A DNA stretch of 53,195 nucleotides. Source: a virus (Duplodnaviria; Caudoviricetes). The stretch is from IMG/VR virus record IMGVR_UViG_3300020202_000090, positions 1-53,195 of that record; one strand, 5' to 3'. Every line of letters begins with the position of its first letter. Positions within the stretch are counted from its first letter, which is position 1. Both the position numbers and the translations under genes were made by a program. Below are positions 35,958 to 45,495 of this stretch, in pieces. Below the pieces are notes generated by a model that saw nothing but the letters and a program-made list of their open reading frames with translations, had not been told where the DNA came from and searched no databases.

Positions 35958-37466
35958 GTGTCAAGTGTCCACCGTAGAGTGTCAATGATGAATAATCATA
36001 TTCAGTTAGAAGAAAACGTCATAAAAGCGAGTGTTGTAAGCAGGGCAGAGCTGCTTCGTAAGCAGCAGGCTATGATCATCCAGGAATTGGAGGGGCGTAA
36101 GAAACTATCGGGGATGAAGTATTACGTCCCTAACAAAATGCAGTTAGTGGCGCATAAGTCGGAAGCTCGGACGATTTTATTATGCGCAGGTAACCGTACA
36201 GGTAAGAGTACATATGGAGCTATGGAGTTATGTTGGCATTTAACGAGGGATTACCCGGATTGGTATCCTCAAAGTAAAAGATTCAAACACCCTATTAAAG
36301 CGGTAGTCTCTGCTACAAGCTTCGCGATTGTCGGTAGGGTCATTGAGCCGAAGATAAGAAGTCTTCTTCCTGCTACGTATTACAAGATCAAGAGGACCCC
36401 TCAAGGTTACCTTCAGAAGATCCTTTGTAAAGATGGGAGTCAGGTGGACGTCCTCACTTTAGAAATGGATGACCGTATGTATGAGTCCGCAGACTGGGAC
36501 TTTGCTTGGGAGGACGAACCTCAACACCAGCGGAAGAGGGAAGCCATTGTCCGTGGGTTATTAGACAGAAACGGCTTAGAGGTGATCACGTTCACCCCGA
36601 TCACAGAGCCCTGGATGAAGGAGGAGTTGTTAGACAAGGTAGACGGTAAAAACATAGCCATGTTCTCCTCATCTACTAGGGACAACATGTTCGACGTTCA
36701 AGGAAACCCCATCCTTTCAGAGGAGGGTATTAAAAGGTTTGAACAGACCCTTTCAGAAGACGTCCGTGAGTCGCGTATTCACGGTGTCTTTTTCACTATG
36801 AGAGGGTTAGTCTATAAAGAGTTCGGCGACCACCACATCCTAGACTTTAATTACAAAAAACAAGGTAGGGGTACGTACCCGGTTTACTGCGTTTTAGATC
36901 CTCATGACCGCCAGCCGCATCATCTTATTTGGGCGTTTGTTGACCCTGACGACGACCTTTACGTAGATACTGAAATGATTGTTCATTGTGAACTTCCTGA
37001 ACTCGCCAAGAGGATCAAAGAACACGAACGTCAGATGGGCTACAACATGCGGATGAGGATTATTGATCCTAACTTTGGGCGTAAGCCAGCCCGTTCAGGT
37101 TCTAACGACTCCGTTATCAGGGAACTCTATAAAAACGGCGCCTCATTTTACGAACCCTGTGATGACGTGGAGTTGGGTCACATGACCGTTCGGGAGTATT
37201 TACATTACGACATGTCCAAAGAAGTTACTGCGGTTAATAAACCTAAACTCTTCTTTTCAAGGGAAAGAACCCCCAAAACCATTAAAAGTATCCGCAACCT
37301 CCAGTATCAGGAATGGACTGGTAAAACCAAAGAAGACAAAAACCCCAAAGAAGTAGAAAAGGAAAAGGACAATCATGGAGCAGACACCGTCCGATACCTC
37401 TGCATCATGCGGCCCAAGTACGCCTCGATCCACAAGGAAGAAGAAGTCGACGCTTCACCTTACTGA
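35958..37466 (+). CDS. terL: Terminase large subunit
   Basis: Walker A AGNRTGKS; Walker B FAWEDE; TFTP; nuclease LDPH..NHGADTVRY. Confidence 0.93.
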   Translation: MSSVHRRVSMMNNHIQLEENVIKASVVSRAELLRKQQAMIIQELEGRKKLSGMKYYVPNKMQLVAHKSEARTILLCAGNRTGKSTYGAMELCWHLTRDYPDWYPQSKRFKHPIKAVVSATSFAIVGRVIEPKIRSLLPATYYKIKRTPQGYLQKILCKDGSQVDVLTLEMDDRMYESADWDFAWEDEPQHQRKREAIVRGLLDRNGLEVITFTPITEPWMKEELLDKVDGKNIAMFSSSTRDNMFDVQGNPILSEEGIKRFEQTLSEDVRESRIHGVFFTMRGLVYKEFGDHHILDFNYKKQGRGTYPVYCVLDPHDRQPHHLIWAFVDPDDDLYVDTEMIVHCELPELAKRIKEHERQMGYNMRMRIIDPNFGRKPARSGSNDSVIRELYKNGASFYEPCDDVELGHMTVREYLHYDMSKEVTAVNKPKLFFSRERTPKTIKSIRNLQYQEWTGKTKEDKNPKEVEKEKDNHGADTVRYLCIMRPKYASIHKEEEVDASPY

Positions 37467-38016
37467 CCCGTCCGACATTTTACGCCGCAGACAAAAGTTT
37501 TTGAAAAATGCCAAGTTTAACGAGGAGCAAGTTTTGTTCATTGTTACTAATGTTGCACTGTGGAAAACGGACCGCCAGATTTTGAACTTGTTTAAAGAGA
37601 AGTATAATATGGATATCTCCAAGCAAAATGTCCACACGTATCGGTACTCCGCTAGCTACCAGCCTTTAGTCGAACAAATCCGGGACGAATTTGAACGCGA
37701 TATAAAACAAGTCGAGTTTGCTTCTAAACGAAGACGTATTGAAGAACTCACGGATATTTTTAATAACTGTAAAGAAAAATCTAAGTTCAAAGAAGCTATT
37801 GCTTGCATGGCTTCGATCCGTGAAGAAGTAGACGGTAAACGTATTAACGGTGACGTCTACATGCAATTTAATCAATTTTCCAACATGTCCGATGTTGAGC
37901 TTCGCAAAAAGGTAGAGGAAAACGCAATCGAGCTTAAAAGACTAGAAGAAAATAAATTCATCTTAGAAGGAAATCATGGCGACCAAAGCACTGAAGACGG
38001 AACCGAAAACCCCTGA
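37375..38016 (+). CDS. Putative terminase small subunit (DUF2280-like); start may be TTG 37501
   Basis: HTH-like N-terminus; IRDEF..FASKRRRIEEL..IREEV; MSDVELR. Confidence 0.55.
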   Translation: MEQTPSDTSASCGPSTPRSTRKKKSTLHLTDPSDILRRRQKFLKNAKFNEEQVLFIVTNVALWKTDRQILNLFKEKYNMDISKQNVHTYRYSASYQPLVEQIRDEFERDIKQVEFASKRRRIEELTDIFNNCKEKSKFKEAIACMASIREEVDGKRINGDVYMQFNQFSNMSDVELRKKVEENAIELKRLEENKFILEGNHGDQSTEDGTENP

Positions 38017-40213
38017 ATTAACCGCAAGACACCCCTTACAAATTCCAGTCACTCCAGAAATGGAGTTAGAGTTAGTTAGAATCCTCCGGTCAGATTATGA
38101 AGCCGCTAAACAAGCTCGTGAAAAGAAAGACTTTGGACTTACGAGCAAGGGTGACAAAATCGGCCATGACGAGTTTATTAAAAGTCTTACGGATTTATAC
38201 AATTCCCGCAGAGAACCTAAAACAACGCCATGGAAGTTCTGTTCTAACCGTTCATTAAGAATCGCCACTTCCATTTTAGATACTATTTGCGCTCGGCTTA
38301 CGCCAAGTATTGTAAATCAAGATTTAATCAGATGGTTTCCGGGTGAATCTAAAGATAAACCCAAAGTAGAAAGAATTAACAAATTCATGAATTGGTGGAT
38401 TTGGGTCAGGTCTGAACTTCAAAGTTTCTTTGAAATTTACGTTAAACAAACCGCAGGATTTGGAGATTCGCTAACTGAGACCACTTACGAGATTGATCCT
38501 ATAGATACGGGAAATACAATCGAAACTCCAGTGACGGATGAGATGGGTAATCAGTTAATGGAGCAAGATGGGACTCCTGCGGTGATTAAATCTAGGGATA
38601 TACGGTTAAATGAAAAAACTTGTTCTATAGTTCACCCGAAAATGAAAGTCTTTTTACAGGAGGGTTCAAGAGACATCCATAAAGAGCCTGTTGTGATTGA
38701 AGAAGAAATGCTTTATCGAGATTTAGAAGACGGTGAAGCTCAGGGGAAGTTTGTAAACGTTCAATCAGTTTTAAAAACTTTAATTCCCGTAGAAATTTCT
38801 TCTGGAACTAATCTAAGCGACGAAGAGCAAGAAAAAATTAAAAATATAAAAATCAGAAACGTTCCCGTTAAGGTCCATAAAGAATATTTAAACTTTGATG
38901 TTGATGGTGACGGTTTTGCAGAAGATATAAAAATTTATGTCAGTCTTGAGCATAGCTTATTCCTTGGTGGAATCGCGGTTAAAAACCTTACTAAGTCTGG
39001 ACGCAGGGGATTACATTTTCAAAAATTTGATGACCGTTTAGATAGACCAACAGAGAATGACGGAGAAGGAATCCTTGAAAAAGTTAAAGAGTTAGCTGAA
39101 GAAATTGACGCTATTTTCAATCAATTAACCGATGCGAATACGTTAAGTATTTTACGTCCTGGATTTTATGACCCTATGGGAAATCTTTCCGCTGCGGTCA
39201 TGAAATTATCTCCGAATAAATTAACTCCGGTTCCTGACCCTTCTAGAAATGTTTACTTCCCAGACATGAAGGTAAAGATTGATCAATTAATTCTTGCGAT
39301 TCGTCTCGTTCTTGAATTTATTGAACGCCTCACAGCGGCATCTTCTTACGTTTTAGGAAAAGAATCTGAAACCGTTGGTGGATCTGGGACCGCTACGCGC
39401 ACGAATGCGATTATGCAATCAGCGGATACTCGTTTTGAAGCCCCGGCTAAAAGACTTCGTAGAGGTGCTTCTAAAATCCTCAAGCAGCATTTAGACATTC
39501 TCCAGCTCAACATTCCTCCAGGACTTGAAACGCGGGTTTTGGGAGAAAAAGGCGAACAAATTTTCCAAGCTGGTGAGCTCTCCGCTGAAGGAATCTCTGG
39601 GGAGTTTGATTGCTTCCTATTACCTGATCCGTCTCAAGGTTCTAAACAGACCGAACGCGATTTAGCAAATATGTTTTATGGGATCTTGATCAATAATCCT
39701 TTAGTTGGTACGGACCCAGCCAAGATTTATAAAATTACAGCGGACATTATCAAAAGTTGGGACAAAGACCCCGAAGAATTTTTAGGCCCTCAACCTGAAA
39801 TGGATGATATCGACTCTCCAGAGGATGAGAATACTCTGATTGTTCAAGGTGACTTTACCCGTGTAAGAGCCCAGCTTCCAGAGAATCATCTATTACACAT
39901 CCAGAAACACATGGATTTGATGAAAAGTCCGTCTTTATTGAAACTTCCTCCTCATTTACAGCAAGAAATCATGCAAGTAACCCAAAATCACATTATGGAG
40001 CATCAGCAGATGCTTCAGATGATGATCGCTTTATCACAAAAAGTTACAGGAGGTGGTGGTGGACCAGTTAACCCAGGAGCAGATCAAGGAGACCCTAGCG
40101 GAGCTGATAAGACTCCGGAACAATCCGGGATGGAACAAGTTGCAGGCCCGCTTGGAAAGTCGCTTGATAGTAAGAGAAAAGGAGAAAGCGGAACTCTTGC
40201 GCAGGGCGGATGA
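37976..40213 (+). CDS. Portal protein (P22-like)
   Basis: 745 aa after terminase; GEGILE..EIDAIFNQLTD; GTAT; Gln/His-rich tail. Confidence 0.85.
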   Translation: MATKALKTEPKTPELTARHPLQIPVTPEMELELVRILRSDYEAAKQAREKKDFGLTSKGDKIGHDEFIKSLTDLYNSRREPKTTPWKFCSNRSLRIATSILDTICARLTPSIVNQDLIRWFPGESKDKPKVERINKFMNWWIWVRSELQSFFEIYVKQTAGFGDSLTETTYEIDPIDTGNTIETPVTDEMGNQLMEQDGTPAVIKSRDIRLNEKTCSIVHPKMKVFLQEGSRDIHKEPVVIEEEMLYRDLEDGEAQGKFVNVQSVLKTLIPVEISSGTNLSDEEQEKIKNIKIRNVPVKVHKEYLNFDVDGDGFAEDIKIYVSLEHSLFLGGIAVKNLTKSGRRGLHFQKFDDRLDRPTENDGEGILEKVKELAEEIDAIFNQLTDANTLSILRPGFYDPMGNLSAAVMKLSPNKLTPVPDPSRNVYFPDMKVKIDQLILAIRLVLEFIERLTAASSYVLGKESETVGGSGTATRTNAIMQSADTRFEAPAKRLRRGASKILKQHLDILQLNIPPGLETRVLGEKGEQIFQAGELSAEGISGEFDCFLLPDPSQGSKQTERDLANMFYGILINNPLVGTDPAKIYKITADIIKSWDKDPEEFLGPQPEMDDIDSPEDENTLIVQGDFTRVRAQLPENHLLHIQKHMDLMKSPSLLKLPPHLQQEIMQVTQNHIMEHQQMLQMMIALSQKVTGGGGGPVNPGADQGDPSGADKTPEQSGMEQVAGPLGKSLDSKRKGESGTLAQGG

Positions 40214-40358
40214 AGATTCTTGCAAAAAAGCCCTTTATATCCAAGGTTTATGCGACGGCTACGACCTAAGTCGTCCAGAACTCGAAAGGTACATCGACGA
40301 ACTCAATTTAAGTCTCGGTATTGACCCAGATTTTGATAATGCGGATGACGACTTATAA
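40053..40358 (+). CDS. Small post-portal protein
   Basis: AGGAGG RBS; PGWNKL..IQG pattern. Confidence 0.65.
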   Translation: MVVDQLTQEQIKETLAELIRLRNNPGWNKLQARLESRLIVREKEKAELLRRADEDSCKKALYIQGLCDGYDLSRPELERYIDELNLSLGIDPDFDNADDDL

Positions 40359-40371
40359 TAAAGTTAAAAAT

Positions 40372-40407
40372 TTTTTGTCTACTTATCTCCCAATAGTAGA
40401 TAAAAAT
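40372..40407. terminator. AT-rich hairpin before scaffold gene
   Basis: TTTTTGTCTACT..AGTAGATAAAAA. Confidence 0.4.
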
Positions 40408-40426
40408 ATAATAATAGGAGATTTCA

Positions 40427-41299
40427 ATGGGGAAGAACCAGGAAAAACCTGAGGACCAGGAATTAGAAGTAGAAGTTGAAGATAAAAAACCTGAGCAAGA
40501 AACTGTGACGGTTAACCTTGATGAAAAAAAAGAGGAAAAGCAACAACCTCAATACATTACCAAGGATGAGTTTGACAAACTCCACAAAAGAAACGAATAC
40601 ACGAATCGTAAGTTAGAAAAAGCTCTTAAACAATTAGAGGAGTTTAATTCTAGGTTTACTCAACCGCGCGAACAAGAGATTCAGCCGCAACATAACGCGG
40701 AAGATATTTTAAAAGGACGTAATGACGTCTCTCAGTTTAAAGATTCCGAGATTGAAACCATTAGCAATAAGCAGCTTGATGAAATTGCAATGGATAACTG
40801 GCAACTTGCGGTGGATATCCGCACGAAGAAAGTCATTAACGCTCAGGCTAAACAACAAAACAGATTAAATGAAGCTCAGGGACGAGTAAAAACTTTGGAA
40901 AATTCACAAAAAGCAGTTCTGGAAGCGTTTCCTGAAATTACAAATCCAGACAGCGAAGTGGCTCAAGCTTATAACGAAATTTTAAACGAAGACTCAAGTT
41001 TACTTAGTAATCCCGTGGGTCCTGAAGTTGCGATGGCTCGCATGATTAAAAAGTACGGATATAAGCCCTCTTCAATCCAAAGCACGATCAACTCTGAAAT
41101 CGAAACTGAAGTCCAGCGTCGCCAGAGGATTGGAGCAGGGTCGATTACACCTGCTAGGAATATTAACAGTAATACTGTAGTGCTGACCAAAGATCAGATC
41201 GCATCTGCAAAATCAAACAATATACCGCTAGCGCAGTTTGGAAAGATGTATCAACTGCAACAGCGAGACTTTCGTGAAGGAGTAACCGTCGATGAGTGA
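40427..41299 (+). CDS. Capsid scaffolding protein
   Basis: Acidic N-terminus, coiled coil, C-terminal VVLTKDQIASAK. Confidence 0.75.
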   Translation: MGKNQEKPEDQELEVEVEDKKPEQETVTVNLDEKKEEKQQPQYITKDEFDKLHKRNEYTNRKLEKALKQLEEFNSRFTQPREQEIQPQHNAEDILKGRNDVSQFKDSEIETISNKQLDEIAMDNWQLAVDIRTKKVINAQAKQQNRLNEAQGRVKTLENSQKAVLEAFPEITNPDSEVAQAYNEILNEDSSLLSNPVGPEVAMARMIKKYGYKPSSIQSTINSEIETEVQRRQRIGAGSITPARNINSNTVVLTKDQIASAKSNNIPLAQFGKMYQLQQRDFREGVTVDE

Positions 41300-41858
41300 C
41301 GAGAAGAAGAATCCATTAAGTTTTTTTAATAAAAAACCGGAGCAATCCGAGACTAAGACCCCAACTGAGGCGCAACCAGAAATTCAGCGAATATTAATGA
41401 GCGAAGCTGACGCTTACATTGCGGACCTCATGAAAGGTCAACCCAAGACCCTTGATGAAGTGCAAGTAAAGGTGATGGACAAAGATACCAATGTCCACCG
41501 TCTTTCGCTTCCTAAAGAGCTTGAGCAATTTGAAGACAAGTTTGTTTTTCGTTGGTTAATGAAAGACAAGCGCAGTCTTGATTATTCCTGTGGAGTCAGG
41601 GGATGGGTGATCGTAAGTTCACGCCATTTCGGTAATCTCCCAAGACATTTATTTACCGCCAACGGCTCGATTGAACGAGGAGACTCGATTTTGGGATTTA
41701 TTTCCCGGGAAAGAGCTGAAGAGATTCGTCGGGAACCTGGTGAGAAATCCACTAACTTAATTAAAGGCACATTTCAAAAACACAAAGATGATCCTCGCTA
41801 TTACACACCGGACGCTTCTACTAATGAAGCTGAGGGCCGTGAAGTGGTGAGAATCTAG
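41292..41858 (+). CDS. Head-module protein
   Basis: FRWL..GWVIV..RGDSILG; between scaffold and capsid. Confidence 0.6.
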   Translation: MSDEKKNPLSFFNKKPEQSETKTPTEAQPEIQRILMSEADAYIADLMKGQPKTLDEVQVKVMDKDTNVHRLSLPKELEQFEDKFVFRWLMKDKRSLDYSCGVRGWVIVSSRHFGNLPRHLFTANGSIERGDSILGFISRERAEEIRREPGEKSTNLIKGTFQKHKDDPRYYTPDASTNEAEGREVVRI

Positions 41859-41867
41859 GAGTAGAGA

Positions 41868-42479
41868 ATGGCTAACGACGATGCAATTGCAGCGCGTGGC
41901 GGGTTACTCCCTGTTCAGTTTCCTTACGGAAATTTTCGTAAGGGACTTTACAAATTAACAACGTCGGCTGTGGCTGTTTACATTGGCCAACCGATGGATC
42001 TTGACTCAAATGGTCAAGTTGTTCCGGCGACGGTCGGTGACAATGCGTTCATTTTGGGTCCTGTTGTTGGTTTTACTGATACGAACAAGGGCGGTCTTCC
42101 AAGCGGCATGAATTCACTTTCACAGGGCGGATATTTACCCGCATTAACTGATGCTTATGTTCAGATCGCTGATGACCCGAATCAGCTTTTTATGATTCAG
42201 GAAGACACTGGCGGTTCTGCACTTACGCAGTCTGCTGTAGGAAATACAGCCGCGATTATACCGAGAACTTCAAGCGGAAGCACTGTAACTGGCTACTCAA
42301 CATTTGAACTTGACCGTTCAGATATTGCTGCCGATTCAGCTGGTTCTTTAAAAGTTGTCGGATTGGTTGATTACATGAATTCTGACGGAACAAGCAACGA
42401 TTTTGGCAACTACTCAAAACTACTGGTCAGAATCAATCATCACAGATTAGGCCAAGGTAGCTTGAGTGCAGCCATCTAA
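41868..42479 (+). CDS. Capsid decoration/cement protein
   Basis: MANDD..GLLP..DDPNQLFMIQ..VRINHH; directly before capsid gene. Confidence 0.7.
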   Translation: MANDDAIAARGGLLPVQFPYGNFRKGLYKLTTSAVAVYIGQPMDLDSNGQVVPATVGDNAFILGPVVGFTDTNKGGLPSGMNSLSQGGYLPALTDAYVQIADDPNQLFMIQEDTGGSALTQSAVGNTAAIIPRTSSGSTVTGYSTFELDRSDIAADSAGSLKVVGLVDYMNSDGTSNDFGNYSKLLVRINHHRLGQGSLSAAI

Positions 42480-42493
42480 CAAGGAGATAGGAA

Positions 42494-43414
42494 ATGAATC
42501 GAAGTCAGTTTAATAAATCGGTCGTTCCGGGACTCTTCTCGTTTATGGTTGATGCCTATAGACGCAGAAACTCGGAATCAATCTGGAAACAACTGGTTAC
42601 AGTTAAGGAATCTAAGCGGGCTTATGAGGAATCTGCCTACTTCGGAGGCCTTGGCTTACCAGCTAAGAAACCGGAATCGCAACCCATTGTGTACGATGAC
42701 ATGGTGCAAGGTCCCACAAAACGCTGGACCCACATCACTTACGGTCTAGGTACGACTATTACGGAAGAAATGATCGAAGATAACCTCTACGATGACATTC
42801 CGACCGAAATGGCTGATCAGACCAAAGAGATTGGATCTAGCTTTGCTGAACTTTGGGAAGTATTGGTTCATGACATTTTTAACAACGGCGCGAATACAAA
42901 TAACCACACAGCAGGAGATGGTTTAGCAGTTTTTTCAGCCTCCCACGTTTCTTTACGTGGCGGGACTTGGTCTAACTTGTTAGCCCCGGCTTCTGATTTG
43001 TCCGCAACCTCTCTTCAAACCGCTATTCAGACGTTTGAGCAAACCAAAGACGATTCTGGTAAATACCAGATCATCAAGCCTAAATTCATTCTTGTGAATC
43101 CTCAACAGGAATGGAAAGTGCGTGAGCTTTTGGATTCTCAATTCGATCCTGAATCTGCCAACAATGCAGTCAATACGATTACATCTCGTAAGTTGAAGCC
43201 CATCATCTCTCCGTACTACACGGATACTGATGCCTTCACGTTGATTGCAGATCCAGCGAACTCCAAATCCGGCATCATTGCCTTCTTCCGGCGCAAACCT
43301 AAATTTGCGATGGACGGAGATTTTGATTCTGGTGATGCGAAGTTCAAAGGAACGGCACGGTTTTCGGTGGAAGTGAATAAACCAAATAATTTGTTCCATT
43401 CTGCGGGAGCCTAA
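42494..43414 (+). CDS. Major capsid protein
   Basis: SKRAYEE; YGLG..ITEEMIEDNLY; GDGLAVFSASH; SPYYTDTDAF; AAGGAG RBS; terminator follows. Confidence 0.9.
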   Translation: MNRSQFNKSVVPGLFSFMVDAYRRRNSESIWKQLVTVKESKRAYEESAYFGGLGLPAKKPESQPIVYDDMVQGPTKRWTHITYGLGTTITEEMIEDNLYDDIPTEMADQTKEIGSSFAELWEVLVHDIFNNGANTNNHTAGDGLAVFSASHVSLRGGTWSNLLAPASDLSATSLQTAIQTFEQTKDDSGKYQIIKPKFILVNPQQEWKVRELLDSQFDPESANNAVNTITSRKLKPIISPYYTDTDAFTLIADPANSKSGIIAFFRRKPKFAMDGDFDSGDAKFKGTARFSVEVNKPNNLFHSAGA

Positions 43415-43421
43415 CCAAATT

Positions 43422-43449
43422 GAGGGGTCCGAAAGGGCCCCTCTAATTT
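43422..43449 (+). terminator. Intrinsic terminator-like hairpin after capsid gene
   Basis: GAGGGGTCC-GAAA-GGGCCCCTC then TAATTT. Confidence 0.7.
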
Positions 43450-43490
43450 AAAGCCCTTACTTTGCTTTAGTGGTAAGGCGAAAGGAAAAA

Positions 43491-43886
43491 ATGCCTTCAA
43501 GATTTCCGTATGGAATTAGCTTTGTTAAACCAGGCGTAGCCTCTTCGGAATACACGTTTACCGCTGGCGATCAAACTCCAGACGTTTCATTTGGAACCTA
43601 TTTCGTTACAGGAGCATCATCTTTAACTATTACTCGTTTCGATGGTGGTGAACGTGGAAAAATTATTTTCTTACGTTGTAACACTGGCGGAGCTGTAACG
43701 ATTCAAAATAGTGCTGGCGGAATCAATATTTCAAATATTGTTTTAGCTAATGTTGGGACTGCTCTGATTTATTCTGCATCTGGTGGTAACGCAGTGATGT
43801 TGAATAATGAAGTTATGGCGTTTGCTTGTAACGGTACAGATTGGGATTACGTCGGAACTAGGACTGTTTTTAGTTCGCAGGTTTAA
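43491..43886 (+). CDS. Virion structural protein
   Basis: AAAGGA RBS; DQTPDVS..ITRFDGG; beta-rich. Confidence 0.6.
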   Translation: MPSRFPYGISFVKPGVASSEYTFTAGDQTPDVSFGTYFVTGASSLTITRFDGGERGKIIFLRCNTGGAVTIQNSAGGINISNIVLANVGTALIYSASGGNAVMLNNEVMAFACNGTDWDYVGTRTVFSSQV

Positions 43887-43888
43887 TA

Positions 43889-44446
43889 GTGGCTAGGATA
43901 AGCCGCTTCCGAAAGAAGGATTCTGAGAGATCAGGATTCACCTATAAAGAACAACAATTAGTTTTAGATGAAGGTGTTCTTGTAGGTCCCGATGAGTTTG
44001 ACACCCCTCCACCGTCTAAAAAATCTTTAGGCGGGGAGGGTGAGGTCACTCCTGGAAACACTCGTTCTGATTATGAAGATTACGAGACTCCAGATGAGAA
44101 TCAGATCAAGACTCAATATGTAACTACCAGCGGGATAAGGTTTGATCGTAAGAGTTATGAGTCGTCCGGTGAGACGCTTCCCGCTGGATATTTCTACATA
44201 GTCGGTAGTAATCAAGAAGTCAATATTACTGCGAATCCTCAAGTTTCTTTAGGTCAGCAAAACGATAGACTTACTTTGGAGTGTGTCGGGTCTGCTGTCA
44301 TCCTCGAAAATGGAAGCGGTCTTAATCTTCGCACTATTTTCCGCATGGATTCAGGTGCAATTCTCAATCTTTTTTTTAGCGCAACAGATAATCTTTGGCA
44401 TGAAACAAGTCGAAGCCATAGAACAAAAAATTTAGGAGCTTATTAA
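43889..44446 (+). CDS. Virion structural protein
   Basis: DSERSGFTY N-terminus; WHETSRS C-terminus. Confidence 0.55.
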   Translation: MARISRFRKKDSERSGFTYKEQQLVLDEGVLVGPDEFDTPPPSKKSLGGEGEVTPGNTRSDYEDYETPDENQIKTQYVTTSGIRFDRKSYESSGETLPAGYFYIVGSNQEVNITANPQVSLGQQNDRLTLECVGSAVILENGSGLNLRTIFRMDSGAILNLFFSATDNLWHETSRSHRTKNLGAY

Positions 44447-44447
44447 C

Positions 44448-44744
44448 ATGGCAAATAAGATGGTAGGAAACACCTACATCATAGATACAAGCTCAGGAAA
44501 TACGGCTTTGCCTTGGTTTTCTGATGCTAAAGTTCAAGCAATTAGTTTTTGGGGATCAGGAACGACTTCAATAATTAGGCTTTCAGGTTCTGATACTACA
44601 AATATTGTTGCAACTCTTGCGATTAGTCAAGCACCGACCGGAGGAGCAGGTGGGACTGACAATATTTATTTGGGGGGTGTTTCTTTTAGTGAAATGAAAG
44701 TTCCGACATTAACAGCTGGAACAGCTTGGATTTATTTCGTATGA
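44448..44744 (+). CDS. Small structural protein
   Basis: AGGAG RBS; Ser/Thr/Gly-rich. Confidence 0.55.
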   Translation: MANKMVGNTYIIDTSSGNTALPWFSDAKVQAISFWGSGTTSIIRLSGSDTTNIVATLAISQAPTGGAGGTDNIYLGGVSFSEMKVPTLTAGTAWIYFV

Positions 44745-45037
44745 CCATTTACGAGCATAAAACATCAATGACAGTGAGCGCTGGATCAGTCTCAACGTTA
44801 ACTTTAAATATTCCAGGAGGAATTTTAAAGAATGTTTTAGTGAGAGCAAATACGAGTACGACGATTTTTCGAGCGAATCTTACAGATGGTGTAGACACCA
44901 GAGTTAATTGGGATTACGAACAAGGCGAATTAAACGATCAAACCATTTCTTTCCCAATGTCTGGAACTTACACGTTTAACATTACGAATGCGAGCCCAAA
45001 TGACACTTTTCGGATTATTCTCTCGGTCCAAGAATAA
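44741..45037 (+). CDS. Small structural protein
   Basis: ATGA overlap; beta-rich. Confidence 0.55.
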   Translation: MTIYEHKTSMTVSAGSVSTLTLNIPGGILKNVLVRANTSTTIFRANLTDGVDTRVNWDYEQGELNDQTISFPMSGTYTFNITNASPNDTFRIILSVQE

Positions 45038-45212
45038 AAATAAAGAAATTGAGAAGAACTCTTTCGATTTAGGTTTTATTTCTGGTTACGAGCAAGGTTT
45101 TAAAAAAGGTTTAGATCTAAGCCAAGAGATTACTGAAAAGACAATTAAGCAAATTAAGTCTAAGACAATTGAAGAAACGATAAAAAGGCTTAACAATGCC
45201 GACGGTTTATAG
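44988..45212 (+). CDS. Hypothetical protein
   Basis: GFISGYEQGFKKG helical repeat. Confidence 0.45.
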   Translation: MRAQMTLFGLFSRSKNKNKEIEKNSFDLGFISGYEQGFKKGLDLSQEITEKTIKQIKSKTIEETIKRLNNADGL

Positions 45213-45495
45213 ACGTTCTACAAATTTATTAGCTTCTGTTTTAACCACTCGGTTAATTAACATTCCAACCTCTCCAACGACTGTGGTAAGAATTACTTCT
45301 GGAGCGAAAGCGATATTTTTCACCAATATTGGAGCTTCAACGGTTGTTTTTGGAGACACTTCACTTACTGCTGGGAGCGGAAATATTTTATTTTATTCGA
45401 TGTCAGATGGTTTTAATCCAGTACAGGGAGATTTTGCTATCTACTTTATTGCAGACTCAGCACAAGGCCGAATTGCGGTCAATGAGTATGTATGA
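45196..45495 (+). CDS. Small structural protein
   Basis: Beta-rich; ATGA overlap with fibre gene. Confidence 0.55.
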   Translation: MPTVYRRSTNLLASVLTTRLINIPTSPTTVVRITSGAKAIFFTNIGASTVVFGDTSLTAGSGNILFYSMSDGFNPVQGDFAIYFIADSAQGRIAVNEYV

